The notes under the pieces: generated by a model
What the model was told of the DNA's origin: nothing
The model's database searches: none
Seen by the model: the letters and a program-made list of their open reading frames with translations, nothing else
Program-made: the position numbers and the translations under genes
Sequence record: SRR2962707_856
Reading direction: 5' to 3' (one strand)
DNA length: 58,761 nucleotides
Part shown: positions 45,811 through 55,118 of the stretch, piece by piece
Layout of the letters: each line of letters begins with the position of its first letter
How positions within the stretch are numbered: the stretch's first letter is position 1

Positions 45811-46480
45811 GGGGGGCGGTGAATAACGATGCCGAAACTTGCGTATCGGCATTATCGTTGGCTGCAATGGCGGGGTCAGCCTCAACACATTGTCTCCGAC
45901 GAAGAGTTTCGCACACGGCCCGCGTGACTTGCTCCCCAGTCAGGTTCCAACGCATGTGGTCAATGCACTCTTCCATTGTGAGTTTTGATACGCCACGAAC
46001 GCCAATGCCCCGGCACAGCGATTGCAACTCATCGCGCCAAAGCATCCAGACCGCGCCGGGTGGTAAGCATTTTACCGGCTTGGCCCACCTATCTCTACTA
46101 TCCCAAGCCTCACCACAATCCACATGCCCCTTGCGTTCGATGCGCGGATACACCCACACTAGAGCGTGGCGCGCCTCATCGGGTGGATAGACATTCTCCC
46201 CGATTTTTCTCAAAAACTTCTCATGTAGGGCCGCAAACACCAGATTGGTTACGTTCCGCATCGCTGCTATTTGGTCCGGCAGGCGGTCTAGCTTGTCCTT
46301 TGACGACTTGATCTCGACCGCTGCCATTTCGGTTTCCCCTACTGCCAAGACGTCGATGCGGTTGCCAAATGATGCGGCGTTGATCTCGTGAATGATGCGA
46401 CACCCGGGAATCAGTTCGCGAAGCCGATCAACCACGGCCTCGCGAATCTCTCCCTCCGCGCTGGACCTATATGCTGGCAT
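45791..46480 (-). CDS. PD-(D/E)XK-fold protein (sce7726/MmcB-like)
   Basis: IIHEI..RIDVLAV..AVEIKSSKDKLDRLPDQ. Confidence 0.7.
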   Translation of the reverse strand: MPAYRSSAEGEIREAVVDRLRELIPGCRIIHEINAASFGNRIDVLAVGETEMAAVEIKSSKDKLDRLPDQIAAMRNVTNLVFAALHEKFLRKIGENVYPPDEARHALVWVYPRIERKGHVDCGEAWDSRDRWAKPVKCLPPGAVWMLWRDELQSLCRGIGVRGVSKLTMEECIDHMRWNLTGEQVTRAVCETLRRRQCVEADPAIAANDNADTQVSASLFTAPRISLCA

Positions 46481-47436
46481 CAGGTTTCCTCCCCGTCATC
46501 ATTCGCCGCGCCGTCGATCCATTCACGCCCCGACCGCAAGCGGTAAGTGACAGTCTCGTTTTCCTCGTCCGCATCGATTTGCTCGCCTGGTACGAGCCCC
46601 GGCAAAAAGAGATGGCTTGGGCACCCTGCGGCCTGCTCTTGAGCGGAAAGGGGTTTGGACCAGCGACTGCATGACCAAGACCCGCCCGCCTCCGGCGAGC
46701 TAAACAGACACGTCCGACAATTGACGCGCGCGAACGCGCCTTCTTTGCAGACGGTTGCGTGCTGGCACCACTGGCAGGTGAAGTCGTCAACGCCAGACGG
46801 CGGTTCGTTCGCAGCAATGATGCGTTCTGCCTTGGCCAACAACCGCAGAACATAGTCGACGTCTAGCGGCATGCGCTCGGCATAGAGCTCGTCGGTATCC
46901 TTGCAGACCGCCAAATAGATTCCACGTTCGCGACCGCGCAGGTACATGTAGGTTTGAAGCTGGCCGTAGTGGAGCGGTTTGCTTTCCTTGACGCCCTTCT
47001 TTTTCAGGTCGGTGAAACTCTTCAGGTTGTGCGATTTCATTTCGCCGACATGCACGGCAACCGGCGCTTCTGGCAGTCCGGTGATTTCCGAGTCCAGATA
47101 GCCGCGCACATGACCATTCGCAGCCTCGACCATGATTTGCCGCTCTTTGCCGGTGCGCGGATCCGGCTCGTGCGAAACCACCTCGCAGCCAATCATGCGT
47201 AAATTGTCAATCCAGCGCTGCTCGTGGATCTCGCCTGTCTCGAAAAGGCGCAGCAGACGCCCGTCGGGCTTCTCGGTAGGTGATGCCCAACGGAAACTGT
47301 AAAAGAGCTTGCGGCTGCACTCCTCCGCAAGCGTTGAGACAGAGATGGAGCGCCCGTCGCGGGGTTGGTTTTGTTCTTCGTACGCGCGATAGATGGCCGC
47401 GACGGTGGCGGGTTGGGGCTTGGGGAGTGCCACCAT
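46480..47436 (-). CDS. Cas4-like PD-(D/E)XK exonuclease
   Basis: ECSRKLFY, G..HE, GYLD, EMKS, HYGQLQTYM, CQWCQHATVC. Confidence 0.8.
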   Translation of the reverse strand: MVALPKPQPATVAAIYRAYEEQNQPRDGRSISVSTLAEECSRKLFYSFRWASPTEKPDGRLLRLFETGEIHEQRWIDNLRMIGCEVVSHEPDPRTGKERQIMVEAANGHVRGYLDSEITGLPEAPVAVHVGEMKSHNLKSFTDLKKKGVKESKPLHYGQLQTYMYLRGRERGIYLAVCKDTDELYAERMPLDVDYVLRLLAKAERIIAANEPPSGVDDFTCQWCQHATVCKEGAFARVNCRTCLFSSPEAGGSWSCSRWSKPLSAQEQAAGCPSHLFLPGLVPGEQIDADEENETVTYRLRSGREWIDGAANDDGEET

Positions 47437-47437
47437 T

Positions 47438-47968
47438 CTACTCGACCCTCAAGCGATCGTCGTTTTTCCCGTGGTTCTCGTGAAAGCCATACCTATCATT
47501 GGCAGCCTCCCTCGCAAGCTGAGCCATCGGAAGGGACGCATATCGGCCAAGGGAGATGTTCTTCCCGTTCACGGTTATTTGTGCCTGCCAAAGCCCCTTT
47601 TCCTTATTCCAATAGACGCCTGTGAAGCCGCTGGTGTTTGTAGCGTGCATTGAAACGTTTTGCCCGTTGGAAGTCCTGTCAGCGTCTCGTAGATTGTCCC
47701 AAGCATTGTTTGATCGGCAATGGTCTATGTGGTCTACCTCTTCTGGGATGTAATTTTCCATGTATAGGTACGCCAGTCGATGCGCCCTATACCTAGAATA
47801 ATCGACACGGATCAAAATGTAGCCCTTGTCGCTTAAGCTTCCAGCACTTTTTCCAGCCCACCGTCCGTTCCATTTCTCATTGCCGTCTTGTCGGCGAAGC
47901 CATGTAAAGACACCCGTAACCGGGTCGTAGTGCAAAACCTCGCGCAATCTCTCCGCCGTCAGCATCAC
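47438..47968 (-). CDS. HNH-AP2 endonuclease
   Basis: YDPVTGVFTW, AHRLAY, VDHID..RSNNAWDNLR, NTSGFTGVYW. Confidence 0.9.
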   Translation of the reverse strand: MMLTAERLREVLHYDPVTGVFTWLRRQDGNEKWNGRWAGKSAGSLSDKGYILIRVDYSRYRAHRLAYLYMENYIPEEVDHIDHCRSNNAWDNLRDADRTSNGQNVSMHATNTSGFTGVYWNKEKGLWQAQITVNGKNISLGRYASLPMAQLAREAANDRYGFHENHGKNDDRLRVE

Positions 47969-48276
47969 CCCTCCTCCGCCACAGCTTGCGCCGTGGCGTT
48001 ATTGAGGAATGTGGCGTGGTGGTACGCTGATTGGCTGGCCTCGACACTTGCCCACTTAGGAAAGAACTCACGCTCGAGCGTTGTCACAGCATCAGCCAAA
48101 TCGCCCCGCTGGATTTGCGAAATGGCAGTGCGCACCTCGTCGTTGTATTGCGTTTCGTGCTCCGCCCTGCGGCTACGCAATTCCTCGACCAGCGTGTCCG
48201 TTGGCACCTCTGGCAAGACCATATCGAAGTCTATATCGACCTCGACCATGCACGATGTTTGGCGACGTCTAGCCAT
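47965..48276 (-). CDS. Hypothetical protein
   Basis: TGATG-coupled ORF. Confidence 0.6.
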   Translation of the reverse strand: MARRRQTSCMVEVDIDFDMVLPEVPTDTLVEELRSRRAEHETQYNDEVRTAISQIQRGDLADAVTTLEREFFPKWASVEASQSAYHHATFLNNATAQAVAEEG

Positions 48277-49367
48277 CACGCCGCCTCCGCTCGACCAGAC
48301 ACCCGCATGGGCATCAACACCCCGCACCAGTCCGGGTTGCCGCCTGTAATGCGCGCTGGCGAGCCGCCATCGCGGATTTCAAACGTCACCTTGTCGCCTT
48401 CTACCGACCCGACCAGTTCGGCCAGATAGCGCGCGTTGTAGCCAATCTCGAAAGGTTCGCCGTCATAGTCGGCCACGATTTCGTCGTCAGCTTGTCCTTC
48501 CTCGCCCGTGACGGAAAGCACAACCTGGCCCGGCGCAACTTCCAGGCGAACCGCTTTGCCGGCACGTTCGGATGCGAACACACCGACGCGGCCAACTGCG
48601 GTTAGCAGCGCCTTGTTTTCGAGCGTGACCAGTTTGTCGTTCTCTTTGGGGATGACGCGCTCATAGTCAGGGAATGAGCCTTCGACCAATTTGGAAACGA
48701 TAGTCGTGTCGCCCTGCACGAAACGGATACGTCCCTCGCCAATATCCACCTGCACGGTGCCTTCTGGAATTAGGCCAACCGTCTTTCGCGGGACGATGAT
48801 GCCCGCTGCCAAGGTAAGCTCCGGCCCGTACACAGCGGCCAGTCGGTGTCCATCGGTTGCCACGGCACGCAAGCGACCGTCGCTGGTTGTGTGGACAAAC
48901 ACGCCGTTGAGATAGAACCGGGTTTCCTCGTTCGACATGGCGAACGTGACTGGCGCGAACAGCGCAGCAAGGTCAATGGTTGCCGTTGTGGTGTAGTCGG
49001 GCTGCTTGAGTTCGGGGAACCCGTCAACTGGTAATGTCGCAACCTTGAACCGGCTGCGCCCCGATTTGACGACAAGGTGCTCTTGTTCCGTAGTCAGCGT
49101 GATTTCGCTCCCCGCTGGCATGCGTTTGGCAATGTCCAGCAACGTGCGCGCTGGCGCGGTCGTGGTTGGCAAGTCGCCGGCGCATGGCGCGGACGTTGTG
49201 ATTTCGATGCCCAGGTCGGTTGCACGCAAGTGCAACTGCCCGTCGGTTGACGACAGTAGGACGTTCGCCAAAATGGGATAGGTGTTGCGAGTCTCGACCG
49301 CCTTGCTTGCCTGCGTTAGCGCGGCAACAAGGTGGGATCGTTCGATGGTCAGGGTGCCGGTGGGCAT
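48276..49367 (-). CDS. dnaN: DNA polymerase III beta sliding clamp homologue
   Basis: PILANVLL, ATDL, EETRFYLNGV, VATDGHRLA, FPDYERVIP, VLMPMR. Confidence 0.93.
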   Translation of the reverse strand: MPTGTLTIERSHLVAALTQASKAVETRNTYPILANVLLSSTDGQLHLRATDLGIEITTSAPCAGDLPTTTAPARTLLDIAKRMPAGSEITLTTEQEHLVVKSGRSRFKVATLPVDGFPELKQPDYTTTATIDLAALFAPVTFAMSNEETRFYLNGVFVHTTSDGRLRAVATDGHRLAAVYGPELTLAAGIIVPRKTVGLIPEGTVQVDIGEGRIRFVQGDTTIVSKLVEGSFPDYERVIPKENDKLVTLENKALLTAVGRVGVFASERAGKAVRLEVAPGQVVLSVTGEEGQADDEIVADYDGEPFEIGYNARYLAELVGSVEGDKVTFEIRDGGSPARITGGNPDWCGVLMPMRVSGRAEAA

Positions 49368-49407
49368 GTGTGTGGGTCTCCTCTGGTGGGTGCAGTGTGG
49401 TGGGCTG

Positions 49408-49701
49408 CTATCGTCCGTGATATTGCCAAAGAACGGCGTTGCAATAAGCATGCACCGCGCCTTCGGTCAGTCCGGTCTTGTGGCAATGCTGCAAGTGGAC
49501 CGGGTGCTTTAGAAAGTTCTTCGGGAAGCGCCGCCAGTTGATTGGCTTTGATGTGACTGCGCGTGGCGCAGGTTCATCAAGTGGGCCGTGGCAGTGCATG
49601 CACTTGCCGCCCTGCTCCTCCATGTACTGCTCGCGAACTTCTCTCCGCTCCGCCCATTCAAGAGCGTCGTAGCGCACCGGCAACTGGTACGGCATGTTCA
49701 T
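49408..49701 (-). CDS. Endonuclease VII-like protein
   Basis: QGGKCMHC...HLQHCHKTGL..GAVHAYCN. Confidence 0.7.
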   Translation of the reverse strand: MNMPYQLPVRYDALEWAERREVREQYMEEQGGKCMHCHGPLDEPAPRAVTSKPINWRRFPKNFLKHPVHLQHCHKTGLTEGAVHAYCNAVLWQYHGR

Positions 49702-49767
49702 CTCCTCATCTGGTGGCACCGGGGCGCGTGGTGAACGCCCCGGCTGGTTGTTGCTACACGGTCGGCG

Positions 49768-50358
49768 CTACCCCCAAGGACGTGCCTTCTTGGCACCGCC
49801 AGACTGCGCCGCAGGGCGGTTGTCGTTCGCGGCAGCGCGGTTGTCGTTTGCGGCGGGCTGCTGCTGTGACACGGCGGCACCAGCGTCCACAAACGGCTGC
49901 GGCACTTGGCCGTCCTGGGGGAAATAGTAGCGCTTCACCTCGTTGCTCTGGCGCATGATCTGGTTGCCGTTCGCGTCGAGAAGCGGCACGCCGTCCTTCT
50001 TGGCGGGATACGGCTTGCCGAAACCAACCTTGGCGACGAACGGGCGGAAGTGGAATTCCTCGGTGTTCTCGTAGTCTTCGAGTTCGCACGCCTTGGCCAG
50101 CTTGCCGATATTGCGATTTCCAATGTCCTGAGCCTGCGGCGTGCTGTGCTCGCCCCACTCGCTGATGTAGAAGGTTCTGCCCTCATATTCCTCCGGCGCC
50201 AGAACCGTGCATTTGAACTCTGCCTTCTTGCCGTTACCCTGCTCCTTGTAGTCGGACTCGACGACCTCAAGCCCGTAGATGCCCTCCGGGAGCGGGCTGT
50301 AATCCGATTGGGAAGTGTCGACGTCGTTCACATTGGTTTTCTTGCCAAGACTGGCCAT
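49768..50358 (-). CDS. DUF669-like single-stranded DNA-binding protein
   Basis: YSPLPEGIY...EYEGR...NEVK; follows Sak4-like ATPase; PW C-terminus. Confidence 0.7.
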   Translation of the reverse strand: MASLGKKTNVNDVDTSQSDYSPLPEGIYGLEVVESDYKEQGNGKKAEFKCTVLAPEEYEGRTFYISEWGEHSTPQAQDIGNRNIGKLAKACELEDYENTEEFHFRPFVAKVGFGKPYPAKKDGVPLLDANGNQIMRQSNEVKRYYFPQDGQVPQPFVDAGAAVSQQQPAANDNRAAANDNRPAAQSGGAKKARPWG

Positions 50359-50393
50359 TTGGTTCTCCTAGTGGTGGTGGTGTGGTGTGGTGG

Positions 50394-51188
50394 TTAGGCA
50401 GCCTTGGCAGACTTCCCATTGTCGTTCGCAGCGCCCGGCAGATATTTGGCCAGTTCGGCGAAGCCCTGACCCTTCTTGTACGGGATGCTATCCGGCAGGC
50501 TGTACCGGTTCTTCGCCACGAAGCCCGCCTTCTCATTGAAGTGCATAAGGCGTTCGTTGCCGCCCTCGGCGTGCGAAACCTTTTTGTTGAACCCGACCTC
50601 TTTTTCCTTGAGCGAGATTCGGTAGTTCACGAACGCGACGACGTCGGCCTGCTCACGGACCATCGCATTGGCGCGCTTGTGCAGCTTCACGGTGTACCGC
50701 GAATATGGATCCGACGTCGGACTGTCGAAGCGAATGATCTCCGGGTGGGCAAGCTGCACCACAAAGATGCCGGCACGAGACATTGCCGAAACAGCCTTCA
50801 GATATTCGTCCCACTCGGCGTCCGCTTCGATGTAGCCTTTGCCGTACCCAGGCTCCTCGATCGACGACACGCCAAGCCGCTGACACGTCGCGGCCCAAAC
50901 AAGGCTTTCGAGCCCGTCCAAACTGTCGACGATCACGGTTTGAAAGTCGTGCTCTTCGGTCAGCAGTTCGCCGAAAATATCGAGCAGGCTATGGAATGAC
51001 TCGATTGTACCGGGCGTCGTCAATTCAACGTCGCTGGGCGGCGTTTCGCCTTCCGTCGGCAGGTAGAGCACCGGGCCGGGGAATTCCGCTGCAAGGCTGG
51101 TTTTGCCGACGCCATCGACGCCGTAAATCACGGTACGCGGCGGGTTGTTGGTCTTGGTGGTGGTAAGGGTGGATAATGATAGGGCCAT
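50394..51188 (-). CDS. AAA_24 / Sak4-like ATPase
   Basis: IYGVDGVGKTSLA, TVIVDSLD, GYGKGY, AKNRY. Confidence 0.88.
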   Translation of the reverse strand: MALSLSTLTTTKTNNPPRTVIYGVDGVGKTSLAAEFPGPVLYLPTEGETPPSDVELTTPGTIESFHSLLDIFGELLTEEHDFQTVIVDSLDGLESLVWAATCQRLGVSSIEEPGYGKGYIEADAEWDEYLKAVSAMSRAGIFVVQLAHPEIIRFDSPTSDPYSRYTVKLHKRANAMVREQADVVAFVNYRISLKEKEVGFNKKVSHAEGGNERLMHFNEKAGFVAKNRYSLPDSIPYKKGQGFAELAKYLPGAANDNGKSAKAA

Positions 51189-51190
51189 GC

Positions 51191-51382
51191 TTAGAATGCT
51201 CCGAACCAGATGCCAAAGCCATGCACAATGCCAATGGGCGCCATGATTGCTCCCGCAATCAAGAAGGCCCAATTAGCGGTCTGCAGGCAGACGATTACGT
51301 GAGTTGCCCATGCCGCGATGCTGGCAATGACAAGTGCGAAAATTGAGAGCGCAAGTGCCGCGCCCGTTAATGGGGTGTCCAT
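51191..51382 (-). CDS. Membrane protein
   Basis: Two TM segments; strong SD. Confidence 0.7.
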   Translation of the reverse strand: MDTPLTGAALALSIFALVIASIAAWATHVIVCLQTANWAFLIAGAIMAPIGIVHGFGIWFGAF

Positions 51383-51453
51383 CTTATCTCCTCTTGTGGT
51401 GGTTACCCGCCCTGCCGTGGTGTGCAGGGCGGTAGGTTATGCGTGTGGTGCGG

Positions 51454-51783
51454 CTAAACGAACTGGACTGTTACCCAGCCAGCGAACAGCGCGAACGCGG
51501 GGTAAAAGAACAGGAACAACGTTGCGGAAATCGTCCTCTCCCACGCTGGCTTCTTTTCGCTATGCGTGTCGGCGGGCATCCGCGCACCAATCATGCGAGC
51601 GAATGTGAACAGGCCGAATAGCAGTGCCATTCCTGGCGCGACGATTCCGGTAATGGGCGTGACGAACCAGCCCCAAAGCACGTTGCCGACGTAAGCCTGC
51701 CAAAGAATGGCTGGCACAATGGCAACGGCGGCAATGCCAATCGCGGCTGATAGTTGCAGCAGGGTCTTTTCCCCCTCGTTCAT
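51454..51783 (-). CDS. Membrane protein
   Basis: Three hydrophobic segments; LWGWFVTP. Confidence 0.7.
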   Translation of the reverse strand: MNEGEKTLLQLSAAIGIAAVAIVPAILWQAYVGNVLWGWFVTPITGIVAPGMALLFGLFTFARMIGARMPADTHSEKKPAWERTISATLFLFFYPAFALFAGWVTVQFV

Positions 51784-51882
51784 AGTGTTCTCCTTGGTGG
51801 TTGTGGTGTTAAGCGTAGGGCGGCCAGTCGCAGTTTGCGGCAAGCAATAGGCACAGGGCGGCAAGCAAGGCGATTTCAGCCA

Positions 51883-52047
51883 TCACTTCAGCGCCCCGAT
51901 TGCGTCCAGCACCCAGACAATCGGCAGTAGGACACTGACCGTTACAGCCGCGGCAAAGAACGCGGTGCGCAGCCCGTTTCGTGCCGGGTGCAGGCTGTTG
52001 CTGCACTGCCCGCGGCGCGGAGCGTATGGCCGGTAGGGGTCAAACAT
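51883..52047 (-). CDS. Small membrane protein
   Basis: GAGGAGG SD; C-terminal TM segment. Confidence 0.55.
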   Translation of the reverse strand: MFDPYRPYAPRRGQCSNSLHPARNGLRTAFFAAAVTVSVLLPIVWVLDAIGALK

Positions 52048-52246
52048 TGCCCGCCTCCTCACCGTCGGCTTGCCGTGCAACCGCTTCCGCAGCCCACAGA
52101 GCCGCGAACAGCGGCTCCAGGTCGGTTGCGGAAAGCATGACGGTATCCTCGTCCTGCTCGATTGTTATGGTGCCGTTGTCGACGTCGACGGCAACCTCGG
52201 CCCGCAACTCTTCAGAACCAATCTCCCATCTGACGGGGCGCATCAT
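52040..52246 (-). CDS. Hypothetical protein
   Basis: ATGA-coupled ORF. Confidence 0.6.
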   Translation of the reverse strand: MMRPVRWEIGSEELRAEVAVDVDNGTITIEQDEDTVMLSATDLEPLFAALWAAEAVARQADGEEAGNV

Positions 52247-53202
52247 GCCGACACCAGCGCGGCGAGGGGCAGGTCAAAGGAGCCGCCGGTCGAAAGAGTG
52301 AGGTTTACGTTGGGACCGTTGATGCCAGTTACACGTGCCGGTGCGGCAAGAATAACGGTCGTGCCGACGGTGATGCCTGCTGAAACTGGCGTATCGGCGG
52401 GTGTGGAATCGACCCATTCGGCGACAAGGTCGCCACCGGCTTCCTGCCCCAAACGCTCCAGCCAATTCCCATTAGCGGCGTAGTGACCCATGCCGTCGAC
52501 GTGAAAAGCTGCTCGGTTGCCATCCCGGTCGGTGTAGTCTGGACGATAGGTGACCTCCATCGGCCCAACCTTCCGCCCGTCGCGCGTCTTGTAGAACTTG
52601 CCGGCCTCGATGGTGAGGGGTGCCTCGACCGCCCCTTGCGCTTCCGCGGCAACGGGCAGTGGCATTAGGTGGTGGAAAGAAAAGCCACCGACGCGGCCAT
52701 CATCCATGCGGACATTGCACGATTCAAGAACGGTAAGGATAACCTCCCCGTCGCCGCGCCAGTCGCTGTTATAATCCACCCGCACCCGGTCGCCGACCTT
52801 CGGCTGCCATTCGGGGGTGGAGAGAAGTTGATCGGCTGGCCACCAGTGAAGTTCGTCGCCAGAAAGAATCCATGCATCGGGCTGGGTCCGAGCAGCGCGA
52901 ACAATCGTGTGTTCGCTACCCACTTCCAGGTTCTTTTTCATGCCTGCCGGCGTCATGTTGTCGATGATCTTTACGCGATCCCCGACCTTGAACCTGCCTT
53001 CCGGCTCACCTTCCCGCTCCTGCGTAGCTGGTGCGTCGTCGTTGGCGGGAAGCGGGGTGAAAATGCGCTTAGGGAACCAGAAGGGACCGGCGGATGAATA
53101 CCGGTCATACTCGACCTGTCTCTCCCCCTTTCGCTTCCCGACGATCACGCCTTCGTCGCCGTCGTCGTCACGCACACGCGCGCCAATTCCATATTTACCC
53201 AT
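52243..53202 (-). CDS. Multi-module protein with repeated KOW/SH3-like units
   Basis: IGARVR, FKVGDRVKI, PKVGDRVRV, GKFYKTRDGRKVGP. Confidence 0.7.
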   Translation of the reverse strand: MGKYGIGARVRDDDGDEGVIVGKRKGERQVEYDRYSSAGPFWFPKRIFTPLPANDDAPATQEREGEPEGRFKVGDRVKIIDNMTPAGMKKNLEVGSEHTIVRAARTQPDAWILSGDELHWWPADQLLSTPEWQPKVGDRVRVDYNSDWRGDGEVILTVLESCNVRMDDGRVGGFSFHHLMPLPVAAEAQGAVEAPLTIEAGKFYKTRDGRKVGPMEVTYRPDYTDRDGNRAAFHVDGMGHYAANGNWLERLGQEAGGDLVAEWVDSTPADTPVSAGITVGTTVILAAPARVTGINGPNVNLTLSTGGSFDLPLAALVSA

Positions 53203-53255
53203 CTGTATCTCCTCTTGGTGGTGCGGCGTGGTGGGCCGCAGGTTCATATGCCCCG

Positions 53256-53549
53256 TCAGTGCATCTTGCGCTTGAGCGGCACTACGTTGTCTGGAAGTTC
53301 TTCTTCAGCTGGCAGTTCGGCCTGTCCCGCGTCCGCCGACTCGATCAGCGTCAGTTGTTCGTGATACCACTCGCCCTGCTGCGGGTTGCCCGCCGCGTCG
53401 GCGTATTCGACCACGTACAAGCACTCGTGGTACTTGCTGAACGTGCAGCACGCGATACGGCCCTGCACCTTGGTGCCCAAAATCTGCACCAGGTCGTTCA
53501 GGTCGAACGGGTAGTCGTCTGGTTCGGTTCTGTCGTTGGTGTCTGTCAT
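53256..53549 (-). CDS. Hypothetical protein
   Basis: ATGA-coupled; resembles upstream neighbour (F.LN..V...G....Y.VE....G...W..E). Confidence 0.65.
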   Translation of the reverse strand: MTDTNDRTEPDDYPFDLNDLVQILGTKVQGRIACCTFSKYHECLYVVEYADAAGNPQQGEWYHEQLTLIESADAGQAELPAEEELPDNVVPLKRKMH

Positions 53550-53779
53550 GCCGCCCGCCTTACCGGCACGTCCGCCGGATAGACGTCGCGTTCCTTGAAC
53601 CACTGGCGCGGCGTGCGACCGTCGGGCAGCGTCTGCTCGATCCAGTATTGGTTGCCGGTGGGGCCTTGCTTGCGTTCGATCACGCGGCCCGTCAGCGTGA
53701 CTTCGACGGTTTCGTTGAGGGTGAAGGCGAAGTCTGTAGCGAGCATAGGCACGCTGTTGTCGTTGTCTGCTGTTTTCAC
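53546..53779 (-). CDS. Hypothetical protein
   Basis: GTGA-coupled; begins MKTADNDN, ends RRAA. Confidence 0.65.
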   Translation of the reverse strand: MKTADNDNSVPMLATDFAFTLNETVEVTLTGRVIERKQGPTGNQYWIEQTLPDGRTPRQWFKERDVYPADVPVRRAA

Positions 53780-53937
53780 GCCGCCACCTCGCTAGGCAGG
53801 ACGGCCAGCGCAATATCGGCATAGCGCGCCTTGGTGGATCCGACGTATTCGGTCAGCTTACGCACCGTGCGGTAGGGGCGGCCTGACTTGGTTGCGTGTG
53901 TTGCGGGAGGGGTGTTGTCGTTTGCTGGTGTTCTCAT
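53776..53937 (-). CDS. 53-aa protein, first clear gene of leftward early operon (absent from ORF track)
   Basis: GAGGAG SD; MRTPANDNTPP...LPSEVAA; GTGA overlap with next gene. Confidence 0.75.
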   Translation of the reverse strand: MRTPANDNTPPATHATKSGRPYRTVRKLTEYVGSTKARYADIALAVLPSEVAA

Positions 53938-54297
53938 TTGTGCTCCTCAGTGGTGGCTTGCGTGGTGTGGTGGTTGCGGCTATATAGGCCGCATCTCCTC
54001 TGGCTTCGTGCCGAGGTGGTGGAGAAAGCGCTGGCGCAGGTAATGGTGTGGTGCCCCCGCCGAAAGGCGGTTCTGTTAGCTGGCGCTTTCGTTGTTTGGT
54101 GGGCAGTTTCACGGCATGCCCAGGCCAGTACCAATCGGGTAGTTCTCAAGTTGGCTTGGGCACTATCGTCTCTATGGCCCGCGCGCCCCGCGCTGCGTCT
54201 CGCATTGTCCCCTCCCGCTCTAGAAGAATCCCGCCGTTACACGGCTTAGTGGGTCGGCTTGCCAGCGTAGTTGCCGGTTCGCCTCTTGCAATTTCCC

Positions 54298-54326
54298 ATA
54301 TTAGAAATTTATGCGCATATGTCAAG
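54298..54326 (-). promoter_or_regulatory. Leftward early promoter with operator
   Basis: CTTGACATATGCGCATAAATTTC-TAATAT, divergent from cI. Confidence 0.85.
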
Positions 54327-54375
54327 CATTAATTGTCATGCCATGCCACCACGGGCCACCCCGCCAACCTACCCC

Positions 54376-54415
54376 GTTGACTAATCCCGCACTTTCCCCT
54401 ATATGCCCGCATATG
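54376..54415 (+). promoter_or_regulatory. cI promoter (leaderless mRNA) overlapped by ATATGCCCGCATATG operator
   Basis: GTTGAC-N17-CTATAT; ATG at 54413 without SD. Confidence 0.7.
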
Positions 54416-55090
54416 AGCATACTTGGTGAACGCATACGAAAAGAGCGAGAAGCGCGCGGCTGGCGTCATATTGACGTCGCGGAAAAGCTCGACGTGAATC
54501 AGTCGACCATTTCGAACATCGAGATCGGCCGCAACAAGACCCTTCGCAAATGGAAAGAGATGGCCGACCTGTTCGGCATCGATCACGACGAATTCAAACA
54601 GTTGATGGTCGATTCGGTGCAGGCGGACGGCAAGCACCTGCCCCGCCAACTCAAGGCCGACATAACAGCCCAACCCGCTCCACCAATGTCCGACCGCGAC
54701 GTGCCAGTCTATGGACGCGCACAGGGCGGAGCCGACGGCGTGTTCCTGTTCAACGGCGAAGTTATCGGCTGGGAAATCCGTCCGCCGCAACTGGCCGGCG
54801 TAAAGGAAGCGTACGCCACCTATGTGGACGGCGAGTCGATGTATCCGCGTTATAAGCCCGGCGAGACCGTGTGGCTCAACCCGCACAAGCCAGCCGCTCG
54901 AGGCGACGACGTGGTGGTGCAATTGCGGCCAGCCGAGGAACATGCCGCGCCGTACGGGTTTATTAAAGAGTACGTGCGGCGCACTCCTACGAAGTTGGTG
55001 GTTTGCCAGCACAACCCGGCGCAAGAGATCGAGTTTGATCTGGCCGACGTGGTTTCGATCCACCCGATTGTGTTCGCGCAACGGGGGTAG
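54413..55090 (+). CDS. cI: CI-like repressor (XRE HTH + S24 autopeptidase)
   Basis: LGERIRKEREARGW..DVAEKLDVNQSTISNIEIG; VDGESMYPRY; FIKEY. Confidence 0.93.
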   Translation: MSILGERIRKEREARGWRHIDVAEKLDVNQSTISNIEIGRNKTLRKWKEMADLFGIDHDEFKQLMVDSVQADGKHLPRQLKADITAQPAPPMSDRDVPVYGRAQGGADGVFLFNGEVIGWEIRPPQLAGVKEAYATYVDGESMYPRYKPGETVWLNPHKPAARGDDVVVQLRPAEEHAAPYGFIKEYVRRTPTKLVVCQHNPAQEIEFDLADVVSIHPIVFAQRG

Positions 55091-55118
55091 CGCCCCACCC
55101 ACACGACCCCAACCAACC

